Below are positions 9,438 through 19,243 of a DNA stretch of 64,000 nucleotides, piece by piece. The notes under the pieces are model-generated. The model ran no database searches. It was given only the letters and a program-made list of their open reading frames with translations, and was not told the origin of the DNA. The position numbers and the translations under genes were made by a program. The first letter of the stretch is position 1; every line of letters begins with the position of its first letter. The DNA comes from Polyangiaceae bacterium (GTDB lineage Bacteria; Myxococcota_A; Polyangia; Polyangiales; Polyangiaceae), in contig CBDCTZ010000016.1 in assembly GCA_965222375.1 (NCBI GenBank), positions 1,184,001 to 1,248,000 of the forward strand, written 5' to 3'.

Positions 9438-12050
9438 ATGGGCACACGTCCCTTTGCGCCCCGGACCGCTGACGGCCCGGACACTGACGTTTCCTCACGG
9501 GATTCGCCGGCTTCCGGCAAGCGCGGACGTGAGGCCGCGGCCCTACTCCTATTCGCGATTTCGGCTTTTCTCTGCATCGCGCTGGCGAGCCTGCGCAAAG
9601 ACATCAACGATCCGAGCGTTCAAGGTGGGGATTGGGTTGGCCCCGTGGGAGCGCTGATCGCGGGGTTCTTGGCTCAGGGCTTCGGCTGGGTCGCTTGGTT
9701 GGCGCCCCTGGAGTTGTGCCTGGTGGGTGCTCCGCTGTTCAGGGGTCACCCCGTTGGTCGCGTCGGCTTCCGCGTTGCCGGCGACTTGGTGGCCGCGATC
9801 ATCTTGGCGTCACTGGTCTACATCGCGCTGCCCTCCGCTCGCTCTTTTGGCGGTCTGCCCTCTGGCGGCAACGTCGGGCTCCTATTTGGCGAGCTGATGC
9901 GCGGGCTCTTCTCCACGGTCGGCTCTTTCCTGGTGGGTGGAACCGTCGTGGGCTTGATCTTGATCGGACGCGCGACCTTCTCGTTCATTGGCGCCTGCCA
10001 TCGCGCCTGGTCCATCGCCGAGAACGTCGCAGCGCGCGCGCGAGGAGCCTCGAACCGTGCGGGCCACGCTTGGATCGAAGCACGCGCTTTGCGCAAAGAG
10101 CAGCGGGCGGCTGAGGCACGCGCTCGCGCGCCCCACATCGACACCCGTCCCAGTGACGAAGCCATCATCGCGCAGTTGGTGGACGATGACAGCGACTGGA
10201 GCCCGCTGGATGCCACCGGCACACCGCCCTTGGCTGTGTCCCAGGCACTGTCTGGGATAGAGCCCGAGGCCGACGGTCTCGATGTCGCGCTGTTCCGCGA
10301 TGAAGCGAGGGCAGCTCCCGTCCAGCCCCCTGCCCAGGAATCCAAGCTCGCCAACGCAACACCAACGCCATCCGCAGACCTGGGTGAGCTGCTGACCGAG
10401 GCTGAAGAGCCGGAAGCTGTAGCCACAAAGAAGCGAAAGCCCAAAAAGAAGCAAGCCAACGGCCCGACCATCATCGACACTGCGCCGGCACGGACCGTCG
10501 AGCGCGATAAGGCCCACCGCAAGCCCAAAGCCGTAGAATTCGCCCTGCCGCCCACCGACGTCCTCGACCTGCCCGGGGCCTCGGTGAACACCGTGGACCG
10601 AGAGGCTTTGCTGCTGCAGGCCTCGCGCCTGGAAAAGACGCTGTCTGATTACGGCGTGCACGGTCGAGTGGAGGAGATCCACCCCGGACCGACGGTCACG
10701 ACCTTCGAGGTCGTACCGGAAGCGGGCACCAAGGTCAGCAAAGTCGCCAATCTGAGCGATGACCTGGCGCTCGGGTTGAGTCGAACCGTGCGAATCATCG
10801 CTCCCATTCCGGGCAAGAGCCGGATCGGGTTCGAGCTGCCCAACGACCACCGCATGCCGGTGAATCTGCGGGAGCTGGTGGAAGACAAGCGCTTCGGCAA
10901 GTTGTCGGAAAAGGCCCCTCTTCCCGTAGTTCTGGGCCGCGACATCGTGGGCGCGCCCTTCTATGCGGACCTGGCGAGCATGCCTCACGTCATCGTTGCG
11001 GGTGCAACCGGCGCTGGCAAGAGCGTCGGGTTGAACGTGATGCTCTCGAGCCTGCTCTTCTGCCGCAGTCCGGAGGAACTCCGCTTGCTGATGATCGATC
11101 CGAAGGTCGTTGAACTCGCGCCTTTCGACGGCATTCCTCACATGTTGCTGCCGGTCGTGACCGACATGAAGCAGGCGGCGACAGCTTTGCGCTGGGCGGT
11201 GAACGAAATGGAGCGCCGCTACCAGCTGTTCGCCAATGCTGGCACGAAGAACATCAAGACCTACAACGGTTGGGTCAAGCGCGTCCACGCTGGCGAGGTC
11301 CCGGCGCCGAATCCCAAGGAGGTGGAGGCGCTGTCCCCGGATGGAGCCCTGGTGAGTGTGCCCGCGGCCAAAGACGGGGACGACGGCACCCTCTTGCCGG
11401 GCAAGCTGCCCTACATCGTGATCGTGGTCGACGAGTTTGCCGACTTGATGATGCAGCAGGGCAAGGAGGTTGAGGCTGCCGTTGCCCGCCTGGCGCAAAA
11501 GGCTCGGGCTGCTGGCATGCACGTGGTGCTCGCCACCCAGCGACCCAGCGTCGACGTCATTACGGGCATGATCAAGGCGAACTTCCCGTCTCGGATCGCC
11601 TATCGCGTGGCGCAGAAGGTCGACAGTCGCACCATCTTGGACGACCAGGGAGCCGAGCTCCTGCTGGGCAAGGGTGACATGCTCGTCAAGCTCAACGGCA
11701 CCACGGACACCCATCGGGTGCAGTGCCCCTTCGTGAGCGAAGAGGAGGTGACGGCGCTGACCGACCACCTCCGCAGCCAAGGTGCGCCCCAGTATCACGA
11801 GGCCATTCTGGCCGAACCCGAGGACGACTCTTCCGGAGACCAGGGGGACGAACCCGTCGACGCTCGGTTCGACGAGGCGGTTGCCATCGTAGCCGAGACC
11901 CAGCGCTGCTCGACTTCTTGGTTGCAGCGGAAAATGACCATCGGCTACAACCGTGCGGCCAAGATCGTCGAGATGATGGAGAAGCTTGGCATGATTGGGC
12001 CACCGAACGGTGCCAAAGACCGCGAAATCCTGCTGCCACCGCCTAGCTAG
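9438..12050 (+). CDS. ftsK: DNA translocase FtsK
   Basis: N-terminal TM domain, AGATGAGKS, IDPK, VDEFADL, ATQRPS, gamma domain LQRKMTIGYNRAAKI. Confidence 0.97.
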   Translation: MGTRPFAPRTADGPDTDVSSRDSPASGKRGREAAALLLFAISAFLCIALASLRKDINDPSVQGGDWVGPVGALIAGFLAQGFGWVAWLAPLELCLVGAPLFRGHPVGRVGFRVAGDLVAAIILASLVYIALPSARSFGGLPSGGNVGLLFGELMRGLFSTVGSFLVGGTVVGLILIGRATFSFIGACHRAWSIAENVAARARGASNRAGHAWIEARALRKEQRAAEARARAPHIDTRPSDEAIIAQLVDDDSDWSPLDATGTPPLAVSQALSGIEPEADGLDVALFRDEARAAPVQPPAQESKLANATPTPSADLGELLTEAEEPEAVATKKRKPKKKQANGPTIIDTAPARTVERDKAHRKPKAVEFALPPTDVLDLPGASVNTVDREALLLQASRLEKTLSDYGVHGRVEEIHPGPTVTTFEVVPEAGTKVSKVANLSDDLALGLSRTVRIIAPIPGKSRIGFELPNDHRMPVNLRELVEDKRFGKLSEKAPLPVVLGRDIVGAPFYADLASMPHVIVAGATGAGKSVGLNVMLSSLLFCRSPEELRLLMIDPKVVELAPFDGIPHMLLPVVTDMKQAATALRWAVNEMERRYQLFANAGTKNIKTYNGWVKRVHAGEVPAPNPKEVEALSPDGALVSVPAAKDGDDGTLLPGKLPYIVIVVDEFADLMMQQGKEVEAAVARLAQKARAAGMHVVLATQRPSVDVITGMIKANFPSRIAYRVAQKVDSRTILDDQGAELLLGKGDMLVKLNGTTDTHRVQCPFVSEEEVTALTDHLRSQGAPQYHEAILAEPEDDSSGDQGDEPVDARFDEAVAIVAETQRCSTSWLQRKMTIGYNRAAKIVEMMEKLGMIGPPNGAKDREILLPPPS

Positions 12051-12097
12051 TACGCCTCTAGGCCACGGCCCACGACCTCGCGCTATGATGAGCTCGG

Positions 12098-13723
12098 TTG
12101 ACTATGGCTAACGGCATTCCGGCGCCTCTCGACACAGATGACGATGATGTCGCATGGGCTCTGCAAACCGCACAAGTGCAGTGGAAACGCGGTGCAGTCG
12201 CGGATGCCATCGTGTGGTTGCGTCGGGCTGTGGACGCTGCCATCGCTTGCGGCCGGCCCGAGCGGGCCACCGAGCTAAACGGCGTTGCCGCTGCTTTGAC
12301 CGAGCAAATGCTCGCTCAGGCGTCCGCCTCCGCCGCCCCGGAACACTCTACCGGCGATAGCGTTGATGAACTCCTTGGCGCAGAACCTGTTGGCCGCGCG
12401 AGCATCGACATCGAATTCGACGATGCCCCGGCAGCGGCGGACGGAGCCAATCCCTTCGCCGAGCCAGCCCTTCCCGAGCACAACCCCTTCGCTCAGCCTG
12501 GAGCGGCCCCCTGGGACCCTCCGCCGCCACGCACTCCAGCCGAGTCCGTAACGGCCATCATGGAGCCCGAGTCTGCGATGCCCATTGCGTCTGCGCAGGT
12601 CGTTTCCTCCACCGCCATGAGCGATGCGGAGCCTGTGGCGTCAGTAGAGCTCGAGTCGGATCGACGCGCGGCCATGGTCAGCGAATCTGAGCTCATCGTC
12701 GACTCTCGCCCGTCTGGGGATCTCATTTTGGATCCGCCACTGCCCCCGGACGATCTGATTGAGGCCCCTACGGAGATCTCGCACTTCCCGTCAGAATTGT
12801 TGCCCCCGGAAGATGCCGCGCCTCCCGAACCGGCGCCGCCGGATGCAGTCCCGGCCGAGGCGGTCGCGGAACAAGCTGTCGAAGCGCCCGTCGAGTCGGC
12901 GGCGGAAGCACCCGTCACCGAGCCCGATCCCGAGCCCGAACCAGACGCAGCGCCGCCCGCGGAAGATGCCGGACCGCAGCTCGAGGGCGTCAGCCTGGCC
13001 GAGGTTGCCGGGCTCGAGGATCTCCCGCCGGAGGCTCAAGAGACCTTCGCGTCCCAGGCACGAGTGGAAGTGCTGGACATCGATGAGGAAGTCAGCCAGT
13101 TCGCCGTGGCGCTGATTCTCGACGGCTGGGTCAGCATCATGCCAGCGATTGCCGACGCCGCTTGCGCCCACGCTTCGCGGGGTGACGTGGTCTTCACCTC
13201 AGGTTCTTTGGAGGATAGCGTTTCTCTTCGCGTCGTCGCCGGCGAGAGCGACACGCGAGTCGCAGTTTGGGACGCCGCGAGTCTGGAAGAAGCCACGGGC
13301 GACTGCCCTTGGGTGGCGGACGAGCTGCGCGTGGTGGCCGATCGCTTCCAGGCTTTGGCGGGTGCAGCCATGGGGCCCCTTGGAGACCGCCTGGACGACG
13401 GCCTTCGTGCTGAAGTCACCAAGCGCTGCGAAGTCAAGCGCCTACTACCTGGCGAGGTCATCGTGGAGGTGGGCGCTGAACTGCCTGGCATGCACATCGT
13501 CGGCGTCGGTCGCGTCGAAATCGTGGACGCCGAAGGTGAGAGAGTGGCCGACGAACTAGCAGCCGGGGACTTCTTGTTCGCCTCGGAAGTCATGAGCCAC
13601 GGTTCAGCTCCGGCCACCGCCCGTGCCGGCGAGGGCGGCGCTTTGATCCTCTTCGCGGACCGCATGACTGCTCACGAGCTACTGGTGAGCGTGCCGCCGC
13701 TGCTGGAAATCCTGGCCAGCTAG
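12098..13723 (+). CDS. Acidic/Pro-rich protein with C-terminal cyclic-nucleotide-binding-like domain(s)
   Basis: PGEVIVEVG...MHIVGVGRVEI...LAAGDFL...APATARA cNMP-fold pattern. Confidence 0.7.
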   Translation: MTMANGIPAPLDTDDDDVAWALQTAQVQWKRGAVADAIVWLRRAVDAAIACGRPERATELNGVAAALTEQMLAQASASAAPEHSTGDSVDELLGAEPVGRASIDIEFDDAPAAADGANPFAEPALPEHNPFAQPGAAPWDPPPPRTPAESVTAIMEPESAMPIASAQVVSSTAMSDAEPVASVELESDRRAAMVSESELIVDSRPSGDLILDPPLPPDDLIEAPTEISHFPSELLPPEDAAPPEPAPPDAVPAEAVAEQAVEAPVESAAEAPVTEPDPEPEPDAAPPAEDAGPQLEGVSLAEVAGLEDLPPEAQETFASQARVEVLDIDEEVSQFAVALILDGWVSIMPAIADAACAHASRGDVVFTSGSLEDSVSLRVVAGESDTRVAVWDAASLEEATGDCPWVADELRVVADRFQALAGAAMGPLGDRLDDGLRAEVTKRCEVKRLLPGEVIVEVGAELPGMHIVGVGRVEIVDAEGERVADELAAGDFLFASEVMSHGSAPATARAGEGGALILFADRMTAHELLVSVPPLLEILAS

Positions 13724-13772
13724 CCGAACCTGGCTTCACATTCGCGTAGCGGGATCCCACTCCGCGCCGCGG

Positions 13773-14984
13773 CTACTTTTTGAAACGCAGGATCTTTCCC
13801 TTGCTGGGCGTCGACGGGAAGGACGATGTCCAGTAGACGTACTGGCCGTCCAACCGCAGGCGCACTACTGGCGTCGAGATCACGGTGGAGGGGATACCCC
13901 CGCTGTGGTTCACCCTGTAGATGCCTTGAGTCGTACCGTAGTAGATCTTACTGCTGTCCATGTCGAAAGCTTGCGCCGACGAGAACGTGGCCAGCTGTTT
14001 CTTAGAGCCGCCTCCGAGCGGAACGCGATGCACCGATCCCGGGGACTTGTGGGTGAAGTACACGTAGCCCCCGTACAGCATGAGCTCGTTCACGTTGCTA
14101 CCCGTTGCAAGCAGCTGAGGAGCTCCCGCGTCGGGGTCCAGTGGGACTCGGTACACCGCTGAGCCCGTCGAGTAGTATGCGTAGAAACCGTCGGCCTCCA
14201 CGGCTTCGATGTTAGATCCCGTCGCGAGGTTCGCGACCAGTCCGCCTGTCTTGGCAACTGCATGCACCGAGTTTCCTGTGGAAAACACGACATGGGTGTT
14301 ACTCAAGGCGAGGTCCCAAGCGCCCGTCTGATTCTTCGCAACATCCTGGACGCTTCCGCCACTGATGGCGCGCCGCCGTACCGCCTTGTCCGTTTTGCAC
14401 GTCCAATACACGTGCGTCGCGTCCGCCTCGATCCTCCACGCGCTGCCTTGATTGGTCGCGACGATTGCGGCCGAGCCTCCGCCCTTGGGGATGCGGCTGA
14501 CCTGATTGAAGCTAGGGCTGGTCCAGTAGAGGTACGACGACGTGGCAACGATATCGTAGGGCGCGTTTTCGTCGGACCCCGTCAGATCGACGGAGCCGTC
14601 GGGGAACACGATCCCGCCCGTGCCACCGCTGCCCGTCGCGCCTGTGCCACCGCTGCTGCCGGTTCCGGCACTGTTGCCACTGCCGCCGCTGTTGCCACTG
14701 CCGCCGCTATTGCCGCTGCCACCGCTATTGCCGCTGCCGCCGCTATTGCCGCTGCCACCGCTGCTGCCGGTTCCGGCACTGTTGCCGCTGCCGCCGCTGT
14801 TGCCGCTGCCGCTGCTACCGCCCCCGTTCGCTCCAAAGCCCGCCGCCCCTGCGTTAGCGCCGAAGCCTGCGCTGCCGCCGCCAGGTCCTCCCCCATCGGG
14901 TCTGGGTGGCCCGGTGCCTTTGCCACCTGAGCACGCGAGCAAGAGAAACAAGCTCGAAACCACCACAGCCGAGCGGGAGATCAT
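13773..14984 (-). CDS. Gly/Ser-rich lipoprotein with beta-propeller (DUF5050-like)
   Basis: Lipobox LLAC, GSGNSG repeats, recurring D.THVYWT / YLYWT blades. Confidence 0.75.
   Translation of the reverse strand: MISRSAVVVSSLFLLLACSGGKGTGPPRPDGGGPGGGSAGFGANAGAAGFGANGGGSSGSGNSGGSGNSAGTGSSGGSGNSGGSGNSGGSGNSGGSGNSGGSGNSAGTGSSGGTGATGSGGTGGIVFPDGSVDLTGSDENAPYDIVATSSYLYWTSPSFNQVSRIPKGGGSAAIVATNQGSAWRIEADATHVYWTCKTDKAVRRRAISGGSVQDVAKNQTGAWDLALSNTHVVFSTGNSVHAVAKTGGLVANLATGSNIEAVEADGFYAYYSTGSAVYRVPLDPDAGAPQLLATGSNVNELMLYGGYVYFTHKSPGSVHRVPLGGGSKKQLATFSSAQAFDMDSSKIYYGTTQGIYRVNHSGGIPSTVISTPVVRLRLDGQYVYWTSSFPSTPSKGKILRFKK
14620..14820. repeat. Imperfect 18-bp tandem coding repeat (GGSGNS)n
   Basis: Repeated ccgctattgccgctgcca-like units. 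Confidence 0.8.
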
Positions 14985-15196
14985 TACGGAATCGTGCCAG
15001 GGATTTCGTGGAGCGCAAACCTTCACTCCAGGAGCGCGCGCTGACGGTGTGATGCGGGAGTCGCCCGCAACGTCTGGACCGTCGAAAGACTGTGGGCGCG
15101 TGGGGCCGCCCATGGCGAGAACCGCCCGAAAATGGGAAGACCCATGTGGACGAGCGACACTCGCGACTATGGACCGACCTAGACGACGGCCCAGGG

Positions 15197-15865
15197 CTAG
15201 TTCCGTCGCGCCGCTTGTTGAGCAGGTGTACCGTCGCGCTCCAGGTCCCAGACCAGCGCTTGGTGGCCTTGGGCGCCCGCAAAGCGTAGGCCGAACCAGC
15301 GGGCTCGGGGGCTCAGGGTGGGGCGACCATCGGCGCGGAATTTCGCGAAGCTGATGCGATAGGCGCTGCGCCAGGGGGTTGTGTAGGGGAAGTAGGTGCG
15401 CTCGATGGCACCGGGTCGCTTGATGGGTTCGATTTCCGTCGGCGCGGTCTCGCTGCCTTGCTCGTCGATGAGACGAACGATCCATGCGGGATCGTCCGCG
15501 GTGAGGTCGTTCCACTTATGACGCTGGGCGTAAAGCGCCACGTAGAATTCGTGACTGTCGCGGGTTTCAGACAGAGAGCGCTCGAGGAGGGCGCGGCGCT
15601 GGTCTACGGTCAGGCGGTAGTCCTCGGCGTAGCGAACCACGTAGGCCCAGCGAAAGTCCCAGGATTCGTAGGTCGCGGTCACGCCGAGCACATTGTCCAG
15701 ATTGCTGGGGACGATCAGATCCGCGCTGCGCGTCCAGCGCTCCAGGACGATCTCGTAGTCCGTGGGCGCGTATTCCCTGGGGCCCTCGCTCAGTTGTACC
15801 GAGGGCGTACCGCAACCGCTCAGAATCGAGCCGAGTGCCACCACGGCGAGGGCGCTGCGCCACAT
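15197..15865 (-). CDS. Hypothetical lipoprotein
   Basis: MWRSALAVVALGSILSGC lipobox; co-oriented downstream of lpxC. Confidence 0.7.
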   Translation of the reverse strand: MWRSALAVVALGSILSGCGTPSVQLSEGPREYAPTDYEIVLERWTRSADLIVPSNLDNVLGVTATYESWDFRWAYVVRYAEDYRLTVDQRRALLERSLSETRDSHEFYVALYAQRHKWNDLTADDPAWIVRLIDEQGSETAPTEIEPIKRPGAIERTYFPYTTPWRSAYRISFAKFRADGRPTLSPRARWFGLRFAGAQGHQALVWDLERDGTPAQQAARRN

Positions 15866-15903
15866 GGGCTAAGCGTAGCGCGCCGCCCCGCTTCTGGGCC
15901 AGC

Positions 15904-16707
15904 TCACGGCAGCTCTAGGCCGAGGATTCCGTCTTCGAGCGCCCGCTTCGCAGCGGCGTGAGTGTTCGCGTGGCCTGGGCGAAAGGCCTGGATCCGCCCT
16001 CGGGGCGGTCCGCCGTACAGATACAGATCGCCCATGAGATCGAGGAGCTTGTGGCGTGCCAGTTCGTTGGGTTTGGGCGCGGGCGACGGGGGCACCGCGT
16101 GACCGTCATCATCGAGCAGGAGCACAACATGAGGATCGACGCCGCGCGCCAGGCCTAGGGCGTCGAGTTGCTCGGCGTCTCGCCGGAAGCCGAAGGTCCG
16201 TGCCCGTGCGATCTGCTCCAAAAAGCAACTCGAGGTTCCGTCGTAGGCGGCTTCTTGCTGTCCGACTTCCGGGAAGTCCACCACGACCTGTAGTTCGACC
16301 CCGTCAGTGGCGGAAAACGCGTAGACGGAGTCGCCTTGTTCGAATTCTGCGTCCTTGCGGACCCAAAGCGGAGACGGTGTCGGTCTGGGATCCAAGGCGC
16401 GGGCGGCCATGGAGAGTTCGAACGCAGCGCCATCCAGCAGCGGGATCTCTCCGCCACTGACCTCGATGGAGATCCCCGTCCGAATTTGCATGCCAGCGAG
16501 TGCGGCGAATAGATGCTCCACCAATTCGACTTCAAAGCCTTCGAAGCCTACCCGGACTCCTCGCTCGAGCCGGATCGGTGAGAGCTGTGGAATCGTCACG
16601 TCCCGCACGCCATCCCGGAAGCGGACCGGGCCCACGACACGGGCGAGGCGAACGCCGCAGCGTTTTCCACCGTGGAGCCCCCGTCCCACGAGCTGCACGC
16701 TCTCCAT
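15904..16707 (-). CDS. lpxC: UDP-3-O-acyl-N-acetylglucosamine deacetylase
   Basis: GRGLHGG, VEHLFAAL, EIPLLDG, ARARTFGF, HKLLDLMGDL, GH. Confidence 0.9.
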   Translation of the reverse strand: MESVQLVGRGLHGGKRCGVRLARVVGPVRFRDGVRDVTIPQLSPIRLERGVRVGFEGFEVELVEHLFAALAGMQIRTGISIEVSGGEIPLLDGAAFELSMAARALDPRPTPSPLWVRKDAEFEQGDSVYAFSATDGVELQVVVDFPEVGQQEAAYDGTSSCFLEQIARARTFGFRRDAEQLDALGLARGVDPHVVLLLDDDGHAVPPSPAPKPNELARHKLLDLMGDLYLYGGPPRGRIQAFRPGHANTHAAAKRALEDGILGLELP

Positions 16708-16722
16708 CTCGGCCTGTGTCCA

Positions 16723-17736
16723 TCACTTCCCGCGGATGTCGAACACGCTGATCACGGCGATGAGTGCCAGCAGCATCAGCAGTCCAACCGCGTGCACATG
16801 GGCCTCGACGCGCGCATTCGGGCGACGCCGCGTCACGGCCTCATACCCGAGGAACATCAGTCGGCCGCCGTCCAGGGCGGGGAACGGCAGCAGGTTGAAG
16901 CCGCCCAAATAGGCGCTGAGCAGGCCCAGAAGGTAGAGGTAGTCCGCCGGGCCTCGCTCTGCCGCGCGGCTAGTTTCCTTCACGATGCCAACCGGGCCGG
17001 TGACCTCCGGGCGCTCTTTGCCCGTGATGATTCGCCCCAGGCCGACGACCAGGGCCCGCACCACCTTCGCAGGGTGCAATACAGATTCGATCGCCGCATC
17101 CTTGAACCCCAGCGCCGGTACCAAGCTTGTGGGCCGCACTCCGATCTGACCGCGCCCCTTCTTCGCTTTCGGCTCTGGGGTGACCGTGAAGGCCTGCTCT
17201 TTACCCTCCCGAATGACCACGATTTGAATCGGCGTATTCGCCTTGGGCAGCACCGCCTCCGGGATGTCGTCCCAGCGCTTGATGGCCTTGCCGTCGATGC
17301 TCTTGATCTTGTCTCCGCTCTTGAGCCCCGCGGCAGCTGCCGCGCCTTTCTCCATGACTTGGACGCCGTTGGTGTCTCCGCCGATGGTGAACGCGGCCAA
17401 GAACAGCACGGACGCGAATAGATAGTTGGCGAGGGGGCCAGCGAAGATGGCGGAAATGCGCCCGATCAAGCTGGCGTTGGCGTAGCTGGACTTGTCGTCA
17501 GGATCGATTTCCTCATAGGGATTCATCCCGGCGATCTGCACGTAGGCGAGAAAGGGGATCAGCGCGAGCTGGTACACCGTATCGCTACCCTTGGGTTGGT
17601 AGCGCCACAGCGCCGGGCCGAAGCCGATGCTGAATCGGATGACGCGCATGCCGAAGGCACGCGCTGCCAGCAGGTGTCCACCCTCATGGATCACCATCAG
17701 CAACGCCAAGCCGAGGATGCCGATGAGAATGCTCAC
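16723..17736 (-). CDS. rseP: M50 intramembrane metalloprotease with PDZ domain
   Basis: HEGGH, FSIGFGP, AGPLAN, NLLPFPALDGG. Confidence 0.92.
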   Translation of the reverse strand: MSILIGILGLALLMVIHEGGHLLAARAFGMRVIRFSIGFGPALWRYQPKGSDTVYQLALIPFLAYVQIAGMNPYEEIDPDDKSSYANASLIGRISAIFAGPLANYLFASVLFLAAFTIGGDTNGVQVMEKGAAAAAGLKSGDKIKSIDGKAIKRWDDIPEAVLPKANTPIQIVVIREGKEQAFTVTPEPKAKKGRGQIGVRPTSLVPALGFKDAAIESVLHPAKVVRALVVGLGRIITGKERPEVTGPVGIVKETSRAAERGPADYLYLLGLLSAYLGGFNLLPFPALDGGRLMFLGYEAVTRRRPNARVEAHVHAVGLLMLLALIAVISVFDIRGK

Positions 17737-17827
17737 CTTGACTCTTCTATAGCGTCACCGCTGCCAGTTCGCCACGGCCTGCTCGCGGGTCGCCCTGCTT
17801 TTCTCGGCAAAACCCAGGTTTGCCTGC

Positions 17828-18406
17828 TCAGAGGAAAAACGATGCGCCGACAGAGAACGTGGGGTGCCCGATGCGCATGGTGAGGGAAATGGCGTCGTTG
17901 AAGTGGAACCGGCCGCCCGCATAGAACACGATGGGGTTGAAATCGAAGTCATCGTCGTCGTGACGGTCACGGATGTTCAGGGCGAAGCCAGGCTCTCCGA
18001 AGACGGACCAATTTCTCGATAGCCAGAAGTTCCACTGCATCACCACCGGCAGGATGATGCGATCGTGATCGTGGCAGTCGCGGTTGCGATTGCGTCCGCC
18101 CCCGTGGCAGTGATCGCCGTAGAAGAGCCAGTCCAGCCCGAAGCCGATGCCGACGGTGTTGTTGATGGAGCTGATGAACCCGTTGTCCACGATCTCGATC
18201 GTGCCTCGAAAGCCCGGTCCGAACCCTTCGTCGCTGTCGCCCGGCCCGTCGATGACCCCGAGGACCAGGTGGGGTTCGGCCTCGAACACATAGTCCGGGT
18301 GGGCGCCCGGGCGCTTGATCACACTTTGGTCGGCGCTGGCCCAGGAGCTCGTGCTCACAACGGCCGCGGTCACGAGAGCCGTGAAGATGGGGGCTTTGGA
18401 GGTCAT
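17828..18406 (-). CDS. Small exported beta-barrel-like protein, paralog 1
   Basis: Signal peptide; FEAEPH, GFISSINNTVGIGFG, MQWNFWL, C-terminal SVGASFFL. Confidence 0.75.
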   Translation of the reverse strand: MTSKAPIFTALVTAAVVSTSSWASADQSVIKRPGAHPDYVFEAEPHLVLGVIDGPGDSDEGFGPGFRGTIEIVDNGFISSINNTVGIGFGLDWLFYGDHCHGGGRNRNRDCHDHDRIILPVVMQWNFWLSRNWSVFGEPGFALNIRDRHDDDDFDFNPIVFYAGGRFHFNDAISLTMRIGHPTFSVGASFFL

Positions 18407-18513
18407 GGGGGGAGTATATTCCTCTGCATTGTTGCTGGAAACGCCACCCGAGGGGTGACTCGGGATACGTGGCGGATGCGGCTGTTTTTTCTCATTTCTG
18501 CGGCCCACCTGGC

Positions 18514-19023
18514 TCAGAGCACGAAGGAGACCCCAGCGGATATCGCGGGATAACCAAGGCGTAGGGTCAGCGCCAACGTATTGCTGAAGTGGTAACGGCC
18601 GCCGGCGTACAGGGCGGGGCGGGCTCCGGTCGCGTTGCCCAGGTAGAAGCCGCCGCCAGGCTCACCGAAGACAGACCAGCTGTCGGTGAGCCAGAAATTC
18701 CATTGCATCACGATGGGGACCCACACCGAGGTTTTCCCCGAGTCGAAACACAGGCAGTCGGCCCCGAAACCGATGCCCACGGTGTTGTTGATGGCCCGGA
18801 TGAAGCCGTTGTCGATCAGTTCTACCGTGCCTCGGAAGCCGGGGCCGTAGCCGCGGCCCGCCCGGTCCCCCGGGGGATCGAAGCCGAAAACGAAATGTGG
18901 CTCCGCCTCGAAGCTGTAGTCCGGGTGGCGTCCGGGGAACTTGATGAGCGACTCCGCGTCGGCCCGCGGCGAGACCAGCAGAACGAAGACCAGCGTCAGA
19001 GAAACCCAGAGGATGCGCTGCAT
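18514..19023 (-). CDS. Small exported beta-barrel-like protein, paralog 2
   Basis: Same motifs as paralog 1 (HPDY.FEAEPH, INNTVGIGFG, MQWNFWL, YAGGR). Confidence 0.75.
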   Translation of the reverse strand: MQRILWVSLTLVFVLLVSPRADAESLIKFPGRHPDYSFEAEPHFVFGFDPPGDRAGRGYGPGFRGTVELIDNGFIRAINNTVGIGFGADCLCFDSGKTSVWVPIVMQWNFWLTDSWSVFGEPGGGFYLGNATGARPALYAGGRYHFSNTLALTLRLGYPAISAGVSFVL

Positions 19024-19243
19024 GGGGAACGTGCCTGTCTTCGGGCTTTCTACCACGCCCGCGCCGGGCGAGGCAGGAGCCGCAATCCCCCCCGCGTTTT
19101 TCCGGTGTTGTCGCTATTGCCCAGCCCAGGGGGCGCTGCTACGGTCCGCGCCCCCTGCGGAGGTCGACGCTCACGGCGTCCCCGCTCCTCACAATCTAGT
19201 TCAAACGACTCGCCACCAACTTCACTGGCGAGGAGGTAACCCG

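Noticed and set aside
9882..11798. 638-aa minus-strand ORF and similar long antisense ORFs (e.g. 3895-5094, 19196-20398)
   Set aside because: Shadow ORFs opposite well-supported genes, expected at high GC.
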